DNA from: Sphyrna mokarran
Lineage: Eukaryota
Direction: 5' to 3'
NCBI GenBank assembly: GCA_024679065.1
Contig: JAGIQG010000001.1
Span: 118,296,001 to 118,360,000, forward strand
DNA: 64,000 bases
The notes below the pieces were generated by a model that saw only the letters and a list, made by a program, of their open reading frames with translations, made no database searches and was not told the DNA's origin. The stretch's first letter is position 1; each line of letters opens with the position of its first letter. Positions 1 to 12,416 of this stretch are shown piece by piece. Position numbers and translations under genes: made by a program.

Positions 1-54
1 AAATGTTTTAATTCTGTCTTCTCAAAGTAAGGAACATAAACAACAAAAAGCTTA

Positions 55-450
55 ATTATAGGAACATAAGACTTAAAAACAGGAACAGACCATTTGGCTC
101 TTCAAGGCTGCTCTGCCATTCGAGAATATCATGCCTGATCTGGTTGTGATTCCAATTCCATTTTCCTGCCTGTCCCTCATTATGTGATTCCTTTGTGTAT
201 CAAAAAAAAAAATCTATCTTTGCCTTGAGTAAATTCAATGACCCAGCTTCTATTGCTTTCTGGAGAAGAAAACTCCAGAGACGAACAATCCTCATAGAAA
301 TAAATTCTCCTCATTGGTGTCAGAAAAGTGAGGCCTCTTATTCTTAAATTGTTTCCATTAGTTCTTGTCTCCCTTACAAGAGGAAACATCATCCCAGTAT
401 CCATCCTATCAAGTCCACTCCAGATCTGATGTAGTTCAATAAGATCATGA
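55..450 (-). mobile_element. CR1-type LINE 3' fragment
   Basis: Reverse-complement CR1 tail (ggaacataag...gctgctctgccattc...gatctgg). ORF 180-404 is the decayed RT C-terminus (MFPLVRETRT...LRIRG). Confidence 0.75.
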
Positions 451-1276
451 GACCTTATTTAATTTGTTCTGAGAGCTAGAAAATATTAGCATTTGTTATT
501 CACTAGATATGTTGATCTGCGGTGAAAGGATTTCTGTGAAGAAACAGATTGGGATACAGTGTGATTCTACGCTGCAGAAATGCCCCCTGCTGTATTACTC
601 TGTAAATGTCTCATCATTCTGCTCAACTGATCTCCCTTAGCATTGCAATGGACATAGCCAGGTAACTGAAATATGTTTATGTTTGAATGCTCAAACGAGT
701 CTCATGCTTAAAAAGAACAATTGTACAATACATTTCAAAAAAATCCTCCAGTCAACCTGTTTTTGCATAACATTTTTTGAGAAGTTTATAGAATGCCAGA
801 CATTTATACCTTTCTGGCTTCAGGTAATATAACACAATGGTGGCAGAAAGAAAAATGAGAATGAGTTGGCAGGAAATTTATGCACTTCACCCACTTTTCT
901 GTTTCATTGATATTAATGGAAACAAAATTAGACAAATTGTAAATGATACAATTCACTGACCATTTTGTGCTCACACCTAAGACCAATTTCATTTCCTGTT
1001 CTCTTTTTTTTACATCCATCAACACTTGTGACTGTGCACTCTAATAGCTAAATCAATTTGAAAGAATAAGGTAATGAATGGAATTTAAAAAGTTTAGAAT
1101 TTAAAAATGTGCACTGCAAAGTTTCATGTGACTAAAATGACATGGTGCAAAATGAGATGTCACTGCTGTAATTGATGGAAGCAATTTTAATAAAAACTAA
1201 AGCAGTATTATTGGTACCAGCCATGTTAGCAAAGATAACAGTTTTAATTGTGAGACGATTAAAGAATACGTAATTA

Positions 1277-2342
1277 ATTGATAGACATGTTAGAGAGTCT
1301 GGAAATGTAATTTGGAATACAAATGTTTATGACTTTTCTAACTATAAGTTTATTAATCATTGAAAGGTAACAAGTCAGAAAGACAAGAAACAAAGGGGAA
1401 AAAGCTTGACTTTAACAATTGATCAGACTGTTCACCATCCTTGCCAGACCAGGTTGCGAAATGGCAACAACAAAAATAGCCCTCAGCACTTTAAAAATGC
1501 TGTGAAAATAAAATTCACTTGTGTTTCTCAGGCCACAGAATAAATGGTATTGTACACAAATGGTAGGATTGAATAGGCCCTTGTTTTGGGAACCTCAATT
1601 CCAAATGAGAGAGCAATATTAACCAATTGCTGGTTGAGACTCAAGCTTCCTCAAGATAAAGAGATATAGTTTAAGAAGCATTGTCTTAAAACCAAGATAA
1701 CATGCATAATTAGCTAAAAGTCAACAGGCTAATTCTTAATATTACAAAGTAATAAAGCAATCTGTTATTTTTCCAACACTGGGCTGATGTGGGCTTTCAG
1801 TATTTTAAGGTATATAAAAAGAGTCCTGACAAGCCATTTTAAGAAGGATGGACAGAGACAGAGAGTGAAAGCCAGAGAGATATACATTGCAAACCTCTGA
1901 CCTCATTTGGGGCAGAGATTCTCCGGTACTGCTGAAAGTGAATAGAGCTTTTGCTGGAATGCCAAATTCTTCATTTCCATTTGCAGCGGTGTGGACATGA
2001 GCAGGATCAGAGAATCCCACTCAGGAAGAGGAAAATGTGGGTAGCACAGGGTGTGGAAAATAGAGGTGTAAGGTAACAGAGGCAGGGAAGAGAGGTGGAA
2101 AGAGTAATGTTTATGGAGAGGTGCTGAGAACTATTTTTGTTATTGTCACTTCACAACCTGGTCTGACAAGGATGGTAAAGAGTCTGCTCAATTATTAAAG
2201 TCAAGCTTTCTCCCTTTCCTTTGTTCCTTATCTTTCTGACTTGTTATGTTTTAAATGGTTGATAAACTTTATGAATCCTTCATTAAAGTGTTCTTTCTTA
2301 CCATATGGTTAAATCTCCAAACTCTTATGTGATTTACAATTG
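1277..2342. repeat. Foldback element with long imperfect inverted arms
   Basis: 1343-1489 is the approximate reverse complement of 2120-2272 (e.g. ccatccttgccagaccaggttgcgaa vs ttcacaacctggtctgacaaggatgg). Weaker similarity extends about 70 bp further out. Confidence 0.75.
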
Positions 2343-2999
2343 GGAGGTGATGGAAAAGGGGAGTTATTGCAAACAAGTGAAGCCCATAAATTTAAGTTCA
2401 GACCAAGTAAACACTTAAAATTCCGTAAGTATCAATCTTTTAGCCAGACTGTCGAGAGTCTTCAGCAATGATGTTACCTCAGAAATCCAAATGTAATACC
2501 CTAGTTTCAGTTACGTGGTTAATTCTCACAGAGCATATTTACCTTTCAAAATAAAAATGAATACCCAATAGAATGACATTGATGAAAAACCTATAGATGA
2601 TACAGAATGTGTAATCAATATTTTCTGGGTATATATGTTTATGTGCATGAGCTGGGTAGCTTGATGTAAATTGGCTGACAACATTTCAGATAATAAATTT
2701 ATATTTCATTTCAATTAAACCAAAGGGTGATTTATGGCTGGATTTCAAAAATGTCAATTGATATTTATGATGAAATGTACTTGAAGATAAAATTGAAATG
2801 AAGCTTGTCAGTTGGAAAAATATTGCATCCCGAAATTGTGGAGCGTGCCAATTTTGTTCAGCTAAAATAATTACCTCCTGTTTCTTCCAATAGAATTTAA
2901 TGGGCGTCCCTTTAACCTCAGGTTTATGTTGTATGGTCGTGGCATCACTGAATCTATGCAGGCTATATTTGGTATGCCCTGAAAATGTGCACAGCGATC

Positions 3000-3600
3000 G
3001 CCAGGTTCAATTAACCCAGACTCACTCCTGCTAATGTAGGCTCCGTGCAGACATTGTGCAGCCTGCTAGTTAAAATAATTGTAGTAAGCAGCTCCAGCAC
3101 TAAATGGGCTGTTGAGTGGCTGCATGTCTCAGCAGGGGACTCAAGTTCATGCAAAACTAAACTTACAAGCCTGAACTGCTTAAAACTAGTTTGCATCTTT
3201 AAAGTGCATTCTGGCTAAAGCAGTTGCTAAATGTGGTTGGGGAAGACATTGCAAACAACAACTTTGGATCGTGGTGGAATATGCCAGAGAATGTGTTTCA
3301 AGGTTTTCTCATGCAGCACTGATGGCCTTGGTGCAGCAAATGGACAAGAAAGAAATGGTCTGCTATCAATTAGGGGTCAGGAAACTCCCCATACAATCTC
3401 TGAGTAACCAACTGAAATGGATGATCAGCACAGTCAATGCAAACAAAGTACCTTGAGAATCTTGATTCAGCATTGCAATAAATTTAACAACCTCTGACAA
3501 GGGGTCAAGATCAGTGAATAAATCTGTAAATTCCCCGTCCTTATAAATGAACCACGAGCTTTAGACATAACTCCATCGTTGCTTCAATCATCTATCAACA
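3000..3600 (+). mobile_element. PIF/Harbinger-like remnant with Myb/SANT-like ORF relic
   Basis: ORF 3271-3456 (RFSHAALMALVQQMDKKEM...STVNANKVP) resembles the RFSxxxLxxLVxxV...W...VNA pattern of Harbinger DNA-binding proteins. Confidence 0.55.
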
Positions 3601-4169
3601 ATATCAACTATGACTCATATCTCACATTTATGGACAAGCAAAACATTACAGATGCTGGTAATCATCTACAATTACAAAGATCTTAATGACATTCAGCATT
3701 CCTGGTGTTCACATTGCATTCCAATATCCCCATACAATGTCATGCATTGAGAACAAGATTTCAGCATTTCCCTTCAGCAGCATCAACTCACTTATCTTGA
3801 AAGCCTACAAGTTTCATTTTGTTTTTTTATTTCATCTGGCTCCTCAACAAATTTAAATTCCCTGTTAGCAAGAAATTATAACGTTTAGTTTTACTGGTGG
3901 AATGCACCTGGTAACTTTCACGTCTCCCGCTGCTTTGGAGGTCAGTGGACACTGTTTTCAGCTTCCTTGGGACCGGCTGCTCATTGAACACAACAGTGTG
4001 TCTCTCAATACTGGTCCAGTGACATTACCACAAGGCCACCATCTCTCTCTCTATGTATATCCCTGCCATTTTTCCATCCAATCAAAACACACTTCACAAT
4101 TAGCTGAGGCATTTTAAAAACAAAGATTTAGCATTCAATTTTGGGTACAAGTCTTTCAAAGAGTGGCAA

Positions 4170-5280
4170 TCACTATTAGTTTTCCACCCTACTTCTACTA
4201 CTCTGCATCATGCCAATCTAATTTTAATCCCAGTTTCTCCAGATACATGGACCATACTTAAAATGGAATTGCTTCTTCACCGTGGTAGATTGTCCAGCAA
4301 AGATAAGCAATGCCCCCTTTTTATGATACTAATTGCTCTGTTTTGCTAAGAGTTCAAATGCCTCAAAGCTTCTTTGAAAAGCCAAGAGAATATGAGAGTG
4401 AGTAAGGGGATAGATGAGGTGAATAGAATGGCAGCTGACAGGTGAGTGAGGTGAAATATAGTAGGATAGCAGAGTTGGAAATGTGTAGGTTGGCAGTTGG
4501 GCAGGATGGCATGCTGATAGATGATACATGGTAAGGACCAACATGGTTGGGGGAATTTTGGTCAGGTCAGAAGGGGGGGACAGTGGTTAATCAGATCAGA
4601 TTGGAGGGCAGTTAGGTTGATTGGGGAAAAGGGGAGGGGGTCAGGGTGAGTGTGGAACTAATAGATTAGGTTAGGAGGAGAATCAGGTGGTACAAGAAAA
4701 AAAGGTGGATTGGACAAGAGTTGGGTTATGAGGGCTCATCAAGTCAATTCATGGGGGTCAGGGGGAAGGAGGTTGTTCAGGGTATTAGGTTGAATTGTGG
4801 GGGCATCATGGTAGTCAGGAGATCATTTGGATTATCCTGAGCGGGAGGGTTTGTGGTAGTAGACACTAAACAGGTACAATTAAAGGCTAGTTAGGTCAGA
4901 TTTGGGAGCCAGTCAGGATTGGTCAAGGGGAGTTGGGTGATATGGACTAGTCAGGTTGAGGAACCATTTGGAAGTGCCGAGGGAGTAGTGGGGATCAATA
5001 TGAATGATTTTGGAAGGAAGGGTGCAGTAGGGGGATCCTAGTTAGTCTAGGATCTTTCTATCTAACGATTCCAGGGTTACTATTTAGGTAAGTCAATATT
5101 GTCTAAAGTCTCTGAATCAGAATTGGAGACTCTGCAGATCCAGGGGAGCAAAGGAAGTACTTATCACAGGTTCAAACTTCCTAGACATTTCCCCTGGAGT
5201 CAGTGTGTTGGACTTCAAAGTGCATCTTCTAAGGTATGTCAGTTACCAATTATCTAATAATCAGAACATCTGGGCCCACT
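4170..5280. repeat. Interspersed element with strongly G-skewed interior (copy 1)
   Basis: Interior 4400-5050 is rich in GG/GGG/GGT. Flanks resemble those of 20150-21160 (ccagggt.a.tatt.ag.taagtc...ttggagac...gcag). Confidence 0.5.
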
Positions 5281-7045
5281 ATCTTTTTAGATCACTTCAG
5301 AGTTTAATTTAAATTCATAACCGAAAACACGCATTTTATCCAAATTTTGGGAAGCATACTGATAAACCGAAACACTTAGGTCGAAATTATAAAGCATACA
5401 AGCTAACAAAAAATATTTTAAGCATTGTTTTCAACTTGTGTCAATTTGTTGGTGCTTTGCAGGAAAAAATATTTTCTCTAGGATTGCAGGCAATTGTATA
5501 ATGTGGCACTGCACAAAAAGAAATCACTCAACCTACTGCCCCTGCACCACGTCTCTTCTAATTGTACTCTTCGGCCCCTTGACCCATAATCTTTCATATT
5601 TTCTTTTTCAAATATTTACCTACTTTCAACTTTAGTAGCTTAAGAATTCTACTTCAATCTTTACACATTTTATACATTTAAAAAAATGCCAGCATAGAAA
5701 ATATCCAGGCACTTTCTTTAAATTGGACAGACATAAATTCACAGACTAGTTAAAATAATTTTCTCAATTTGTCTTATAAGAATTATTCATAACCCTGAAC
5801 ATCTGAGACTGCCTCTTTCTCATTTCCAGTGAAAGTAGAAGAGCTTTATTAAGATGATCTCAAACATGATGGGCATTAGTCATGAATTACATTTTGTGTT
5901 AAATCTCTTGAAGCCTAAAATAAGGTACTAAAAGCGAAATACCATTTCTGTTATTTAATGATAACCTGTGTAGCTTTAACACTACCTCTTCTCTTTGTTC
6001 TTACTTTTGCTATACATAAGACCCAAGATCCCATAGTTTAGATCTTAATTCCCGCCAATGGGTAAGTTAGGATCAAAGAAATCTCAAACAGGAATAAAGT
6101 CCTCCTCAAATCCACTCATATTCAGTTTTAACAAACAGGGGACTAACAAGCAACCCACTCTAAGGAAGCCAACTGGCTATTTAACTACTGTGATGAGAAC
6201 TGTCTCTGCATTTTAATAATAATTCTATTTTCCCTGGAGACAGCTAGATTTCTCAGGCCTGGGGACAGTTGGCTGCTTAAAGAACATCAGAAGAGCTAAA
6301 TTAATGAGGCAAATGCTTACTCCAGGCTCACTATGCTGTCCAGTGAACACCATCCTCAATGTTTCTTCTGCTCCCTTACCCAGACAATCAGACACCCAAT
6401 GCAGGACTGGATTCCACTCTCTGAAATCCAGATTTCTCCTAGATTGTCATCAGATTCTTTTCCTGCATTCAGCACTCCGATCTCTCCCCATAATCGAGAC
6501 ACATGTCTCCAATCCCCACACAATTCAGAGATTCTCACCTCATCTGCAATGCATTTCACAATTTACCACTTGCTCTTGCCTTGTGAAGAAGAGTGGTGAC
6601 CCAAAGGACTTCCACCATGTCAACTAGGCTACTTTTGGAGAAATCCAACTGGAAGGGGGTCCTGCAGTTCAACTCTGTAGAACACTTAAGAAATCTAGAG
6701 CAGTTATATGTTTTCACAAATAGCAAATCTATTAACTTAGTCTTAAAGGTGTGTAGACCCAAAACTCTGCGGGGAGGGTAAAACTCAATTTTAGTAGGAT
6801 AATAAGACAAGTGGTAATTTTCCCTTTAATCTGCTAATGTTTTAGCTAAATTTTGATATTTTAAGAATGTGTCTCAATGTTGACTACTGGATTTAATCCC
6901 TCCAAATCAGAAACCCACTGTCCTGTTTTCTGTCCTTTCACCAAATTGACACATTTGCTTTTAAAATATCTTATCAAATATTTTTTGAAAATTTTTGCAT
7001 AACATTTGCTGTATTTTTTGATCAATTCATTCTGACACAGTCCAA

Positions 7046-7404
7046 GAGGCCATATAGCCCATCAAGTCTTCATCAACTCTCCAAATGAGCAAATTACCAG
7101 GCCCATTCCTCACACCACACCCCATTCCCTCCACCCCCCTCCCCCCACATCGCCATAGTCCTATGCATTTACCATGGCTAGTCCATCAAATCTACACAAC
7201 TTGCGACACCAAGGGGCAATTTAGCACGGTCAATCCACACAACCCGCACATCATCATTTAATCAGAAGAGGAAACCAAAACATCCAGAGGAAACCCACGT
7301 TGAAACAGGGAGAATTCTGTCTTCAAAGATACTCAGGCACCAAAGACCAGAATTGAACCCAGGTCCCTGGAGCTGTGAAGCATCAATGCTAATCACCATG
7401 CTGC
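7046..7404 (-). mobile_element. HE1-like tRNA-derived V-SINE
   Basis: Reverse complement of the tRNA-like head (gaattgaacccaggtccctggagctgtgaagc...gctaatcaccatgc), V-domain (ggaaacccacg) and LINE-derived tail. Confidence 0.85.
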
Positions 7405-7419
7405 ATTTCTAAAACTCTA

Positions 7420-8050
7420 ATCAGCCTGTAAAACAGCCCAAGAGTTGGATAAGATAGGATATAAACACCTTAACAAGTTGCAGAATGCATCAAGTCAAAT
7501 CCAATCATAATTATAAAGGACTACTTAATGGATCAAAGTATCTCGACCTGTACATTAGCCAGGATCCACTGCAAACCTAGACTTGCTGAGAAATTGGAGG
7601 ATAAGTGGGAATTGGGCCTTAGACTTCATCAACATACTCATGTGTGAGGCACTTGTGCCAGCTAGCCACACAACTTACATGCTATTCAAGTGGGCAACAG
7701 ATTCACATCCACTCGTTTCTCACCTGGCAGGAAAAACAACCCCTATAGAGCCTGACCCCCCATATGCTGTATATGACAATGACAGATCCAGGAGTATCAC
7801 GAAAATATCTGTTAATCCACACAAAGAAATAGGATCAGTTTCAGATGCCAACTCTGAATTGGACATACTGTTGAGGACTTGTCTCTGGCGTCTACATTCT
7901 ATGCTCTGGTTTACACTATTTTCTCATCTCCAATGGAAAGGAATCAAGCCCTGATGAATTTTACAATTGTGGTCCATGACATTCAGAGCAAAATGGGCAG
8001 TGTGCAAATTTAATGCGCCCACCTCATCTACAAGAGCCAAGTAGGTACCA
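7420..8050 (+). mobile_element. Highly decayed non-LTR retrotransposon C-terminal region
   Basis: Translates to GSKYLDLYISQD (KYLG-type RT motif) followed by LLRN...W-like sequence; many stops. Confidence 0.3.
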
Positions 8051-9882
8051 TAGTGAGATTTTCTTCTTTACACTGTCAATTGTCTCTGCTCTCAGCAGGA
8101 GACCAGGTAGTTGAGAAACTACACATCACAGCTAGCCTGCTCTTCTCAAATTTCCAGGTTCTAGAGTCAGCATCCAATAAAGAGTTCTTTCACATAGGAG
8201 CTAGAGTTCAGCAGGCTGAAGATTCGAGTTGTAGAGTTTGGTGCTGATACCACAAAATAAAGCAGAAAGATAGGGTGGTTCTGCAGGCAACGGTAGGAAA
8301 TCTACCACCAGAAATGGGCTTTGAGGAGCAGGGTTTTGTTCTGCCTGGATGTTGCTTCTTGATTGTTCACCAGTTGGATGACAGCAGATTGCCTGTGAGG
8401 CCAAAGATGCAATGTTAAAACTGTCTAAAAGGTTAGAGACTTGGATCATGCAACATGGTGGCTAATTGAAGCTTAACAATGTGCGTTTCTGACCAGAATT
8501 CCATTGTCCTTCTTAAGAAAGGGAGAATGCAGCTATTCAGTTTTGATCTCTTTTGTGATAGTTCTTATTGGGGAGCCAAGTTGCCTGCACTTCCTTTGCT
8601 TTTGTTGATTACAAGGGATCTATACAATGAGGTGTGAGATTCTACAATCTCAGCAAGGAATTCTTTGTTCTTGTAACTCCTGTTGGTATCTTCGAAGTAG
8701 AGGGCCAATTCTGTGATCAAGTGACTTGCAGCAGCCTATTTTTTTGATTCAGCAAATAGCCCGTTTTTTTAAGAATGTGAAATTAATTAAGTTTTTCATG
8801 TCACAGGAACCCCATAATATTTTTTAAACAAACAAAAAGTTGCCACCTGTCCAGGCACAGGGAGAGAAGGAAAACCACAGCACGACAGTGACAAAGAGGC
8901 CCTGATACTGTCAGCCTCCAGTTCAGACGTTGGCACGGCACATATCTTGGAGGTTTTTGAAGCAGACATCAACATCTGATCAGTTATCCAAACATGAACA
9001 AGCTACAACCAGGCCATGGCTAAGTGATGGCCTGTTTGCCAGCAATCACGAGGGTGAAGTCACCGGATGGGTTCCACACCTGAGGATTCAAAGGAGGACA
9101 ATAATGGGATCACATCCAGGAGAAAGGATACATCCAGAGATGCTGGCCTGCCAGGCAGTCTATCATTTTTGAGGAGCATGGAGACATCTGACTCCAAGAA
9201 GGCAGAGAGCACGGTGCAGAGATTACCCTATTTCTCTCTGTAGCGGCATAGTTGCTGTTACCGCTACATCTGTTGCAGTTTTTATGTGCATAAGTGACCT
9301 ATTCTGTCTATCCTGCAAAGATGGAGCAACACTCTTCAGCAAGACCGTCAGAAGCACTCACAGAATAACTTTACCTGTAATTTGGATGTATTAGTATCGA
9401 GCCCACCCTGCAGTGTCACGTCTAATCTATACAGAATGATGTGTAAGTTCACTATTGCTCTAATTCAGATCCCGATATTGCGTCAACCAGTTAGGCTTTG
9501 GGATGGCAGACTGGCATGTTGCTTCATGGGATTCCAGCACACGCTGGGGACACCTCAACATATGTCATTTTGAACAAGCCGGAGGGCACAGGATAGCAAT
9601 ATGTCTCCATAGCACCACATGCAAACTGCAGGTTGGAGATTAAGTTTTAATTTCAGGAAACACCAGGGAAACCTGAATGGTTGGCAAACTTAGGGTCAGT
9701 TAGTAATGTTCAGAAAAAAACCCTTTTGCTCAAATGAAAAAAATATTTTGATCAAAACAAGATAAAAAAAGAAGCAACTATTTCTCAGTAGAAACTGATA
9801 AGTAACCAGTAAAGGAAACTGCAGTACTACTCAGCCAGCAGATGTCACCCCTGGGTCTCAAACAAATTGCAATACTAATTCA

Positions 9883-10050
9883 CAAGAACGTAAGAAATAG
9901 GAGCAGGAGTAGGCCATACAGCCCCTCGAGCCTGCCTCGCCATTCAATAAGATCATGGCTGATCTGCAGTGGTTTAGTACCACTTTCCCGCTTTCTCCCC
10001 GTAACCGTTAATTCCCTTGTCAATTAAAAACTTATCCACCCTTGACTTGA
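9883..10050 (-). mobile_element. CR1 LINE 3' end
   Basis: caagaacgtaagaaataggagcaggagtaggccatacagcccctcgagcctgc is a typical CR1 3' tail in reverse orientation. Confidence 0.85.
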
Positions 10051-10868
10051 ACAAAACATCCTAATTCAAACACACCGATCTTTGCGCATCCTCCACAAAG
10101 ATCTCCCACAAAATTGATTTACATTTCCTCAGATTCACCCGAAAGTAATTAGCCATAAACTTACAAGCTACACAACTAATTTCCAGTTTACAAAATACTA
10201 GTAAATTCACTGCAGCAAATGAATGTTATCAGAACATTCTTAAATATGATAATTAGGATGTTTTATGACAAAACTGCCATAACAAATCACTCCATTACTG
10301 TCAGTGAGTTATCTTATTGATTTTATTACTAATAAATATATTTGTATAACTCCATTTTTTTCTGGTTTGAATGCAATAATTGTTCATCATCTAGGGTTAA
10401 AGTGGGTATGCAGGTGATTGCTGAGGTCGACCTGCATCTGGAAGATGCTGCTGCAAATAAAGACAAATTGATGGTATATTATTGAATCTTATTTAAACAA
10501 TATTTTGTAATGCTCTTTAGTTCTCTCTACACTTTTGAATATTCCCTACAACAGCAAGATTGCAGCTAGTGCAGCTGTCTTTAGTATCGTGAAAGATAGT
10601 TTACTTCCATCTTTGTAACTTTATATCCCTCCACCAACTTCAGCCCATCTCCAGACTCAGTTAATCCAATGTGGTCCTGATTAGCATGCAATCCTCCAGG
10701 TTCTGAAATATCAGCAGCTCTGACTCAGCAGGTCAAACCCCATTCCACTCATCCAACACACTTCTGATTCCCCCAACACTTCAGGTAGGACTTTCAAATG
10801 ATCGGGTTTCCTGCCTAAACAGTCAGCGAGCAATCCTGCTGTCGTTTAACTCTTTACTCAGTCAGACA

Positions 10869-11610
10869 AAGCAAATTTGACATGTCAGCTACAATTCTCA
10901 ACAAGATTTACAGATCTACCATAGAAAGCATTCTTTCCTGTTGTATCACAGTTTGGTATGGCTCCTGCTTTGCCCAAGACAGCAAGGTTGTGAATGTACC
11001 CCAATCCATCACACAAACATCAAGGGAGCTTATTGGTTGGTAGCTCTGGAATTCCATCCCAAATAGCACTATGGACGTAACAACATCACATTGTCTCACT
11101 ACCACCTCTCAAGGGCATTAAAAAGAAGAGATAGTGCAGAATGTAGTTTTACAGTCATAAGGTGTAGAGAAAGATCAACTTAATGCAAGGTAAGTCCATT
11201 CAAAAGTCTGATGGCAACAGGGAAGAAGCTGTTCTTAAGTCAGTTAGTACGTGACTTCAGACTTTTGTATCTTTTTCTGACAGAAGAAGATGGGAAAGAG
11301 AATGTCTGGAGTATCTGGAGTCCTTAATTATGTTGGCTGCTTTGCCAAAGCAGCAGGAAGTGTAGACAGAAAGGATGGGAGGGCGGTTTGCATGATGGAT
11401 TGGGGTACATTCACAAACTTTGTAGTTCCTTGCAGTCTTGGGCAGAGCAGGAGCCATACAAAACTGTGATACAACAGGAAAGAATGCTTTCTATGGTACA
11501 TCTGTAAAAGTTGGTGAGAATTGTAACTAACATGTCAAATTTGCTTCATCTTCTGAGAAAGTAGAAACACTGGTGGGCTTTTTTAACTATAGTGTCGACA
11601 TGGGGAGAGG
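10869..11610. mobile_element. Rex1/Babar-like LINE fragments, one plus (10869-11018) and one minus (about 11125-11610)
   Basis: Translates to YRxTIESILSCCITVxYGSC, a motif typical of the Rex1/Babar RT C-terminus. The two pieces are overlapping inverted copies. Confidence 0.75.
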
Positions 11611-11947
11611 AGGCAGTCACCTTAGGTGACTATCCACCTTAACCCTGAATGATGAACACAGTCATCATTGTATTCAAACCAGAAAAAATATAGTTGTACA
11701 ACTATATTTATTCATAATAAAATCAATAAGATGACTCACAGTAATGGAGTGATTAATTATGGCAGTGTTGTCATAGAACATTTATTTATACCAAGACAGG
11801 TGTGCCAAGTTGGGAAATTTCCTGATTCGAGTTAATCACCTCAAATATGAAAATTCAGACCCCAGGTATGTGTGCTGGGTCTCAAGGCAAGGAGGGGCAA
11901 GGCCTGCGAGGGCTGGAGATCTTGATGGAAAGGCTGGGGGATGGGGC

Positions 11948-12090
11948 CATGAAACAAATTAATTGGGAAAGACAAGCTAAATGAGGAAGAAAACATTTTA
12001 AAGGAAGCAATATCTAAGGTGCCAAATGATTCATATTCTTTTAAAATACTTTGACTAAGGCATTGTCATTGTGCCTACGACGTTGCGAAT
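11948..12090 (+). repeat. 143-bp direct duplicate of 13866-14008
   Basis: Identical except for 3 substitutions (one T/G, two CpG/TpG). Confidence 0.95.
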
Positions 12091-12283
12091 CGGGGGGATG
12101 GGGGCTTTTGAAGAAAGCGGTTCTTCCCCTCCCACCTGCTGGGCTTCCCCCTGTTCCTGAATACCCCTCGCCAGTCTTGAACTTAGGGCCAGATGGGAAG
12201 TAGTTTTTGTGGTTTATAATTGGCTACTTAAGGATCTCAAGTGGGGTGATGGCAAGCAAGTCCTCTCTAAAACTGCAGACAGG

Positions 12284-12413
12284 ATGTAGAGATGCCAGTG
12301 TTGGACTGGGGTAATAAGAACTCAGTAAGAATTTAGCAACACCAATTTTAAATCCAACCTATTTATTTGACAGTAAATTTGCGAGCTTTCGACACTCTGT
12401 GTCTTCATCAGGC
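12284..12413 (-). mobile_element. Penelope-like element terminal-repeat fragment with 15-bp TSD
   Basis: Flanked by perfect aaaactgcagacagg at 12269-12283 and 12414-12428. Shares the ttggactggggtaa...caacacca...tttatttg tail with the copies at 35.5, 43.6 and 54.8 kb. Confidence 0.8.
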
Positions 12414-12416
12414 AAA
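12378..12416 (-). ncRNA. Minimal type I hammerhead ribozyme, intact core
   Basis: Minus-strand RNA reads UUUGC-CUGAUGA-A-GACAC-AGA-GUGUC-GAAA-GCUC/GCAAA: perfect 5-bp stem I, 5-bp stem II, CUGAUGA and GAAA boxes, palindromic AGCU stem III. Predicted cut between 12383 and 12382. Confidence 0.8.
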
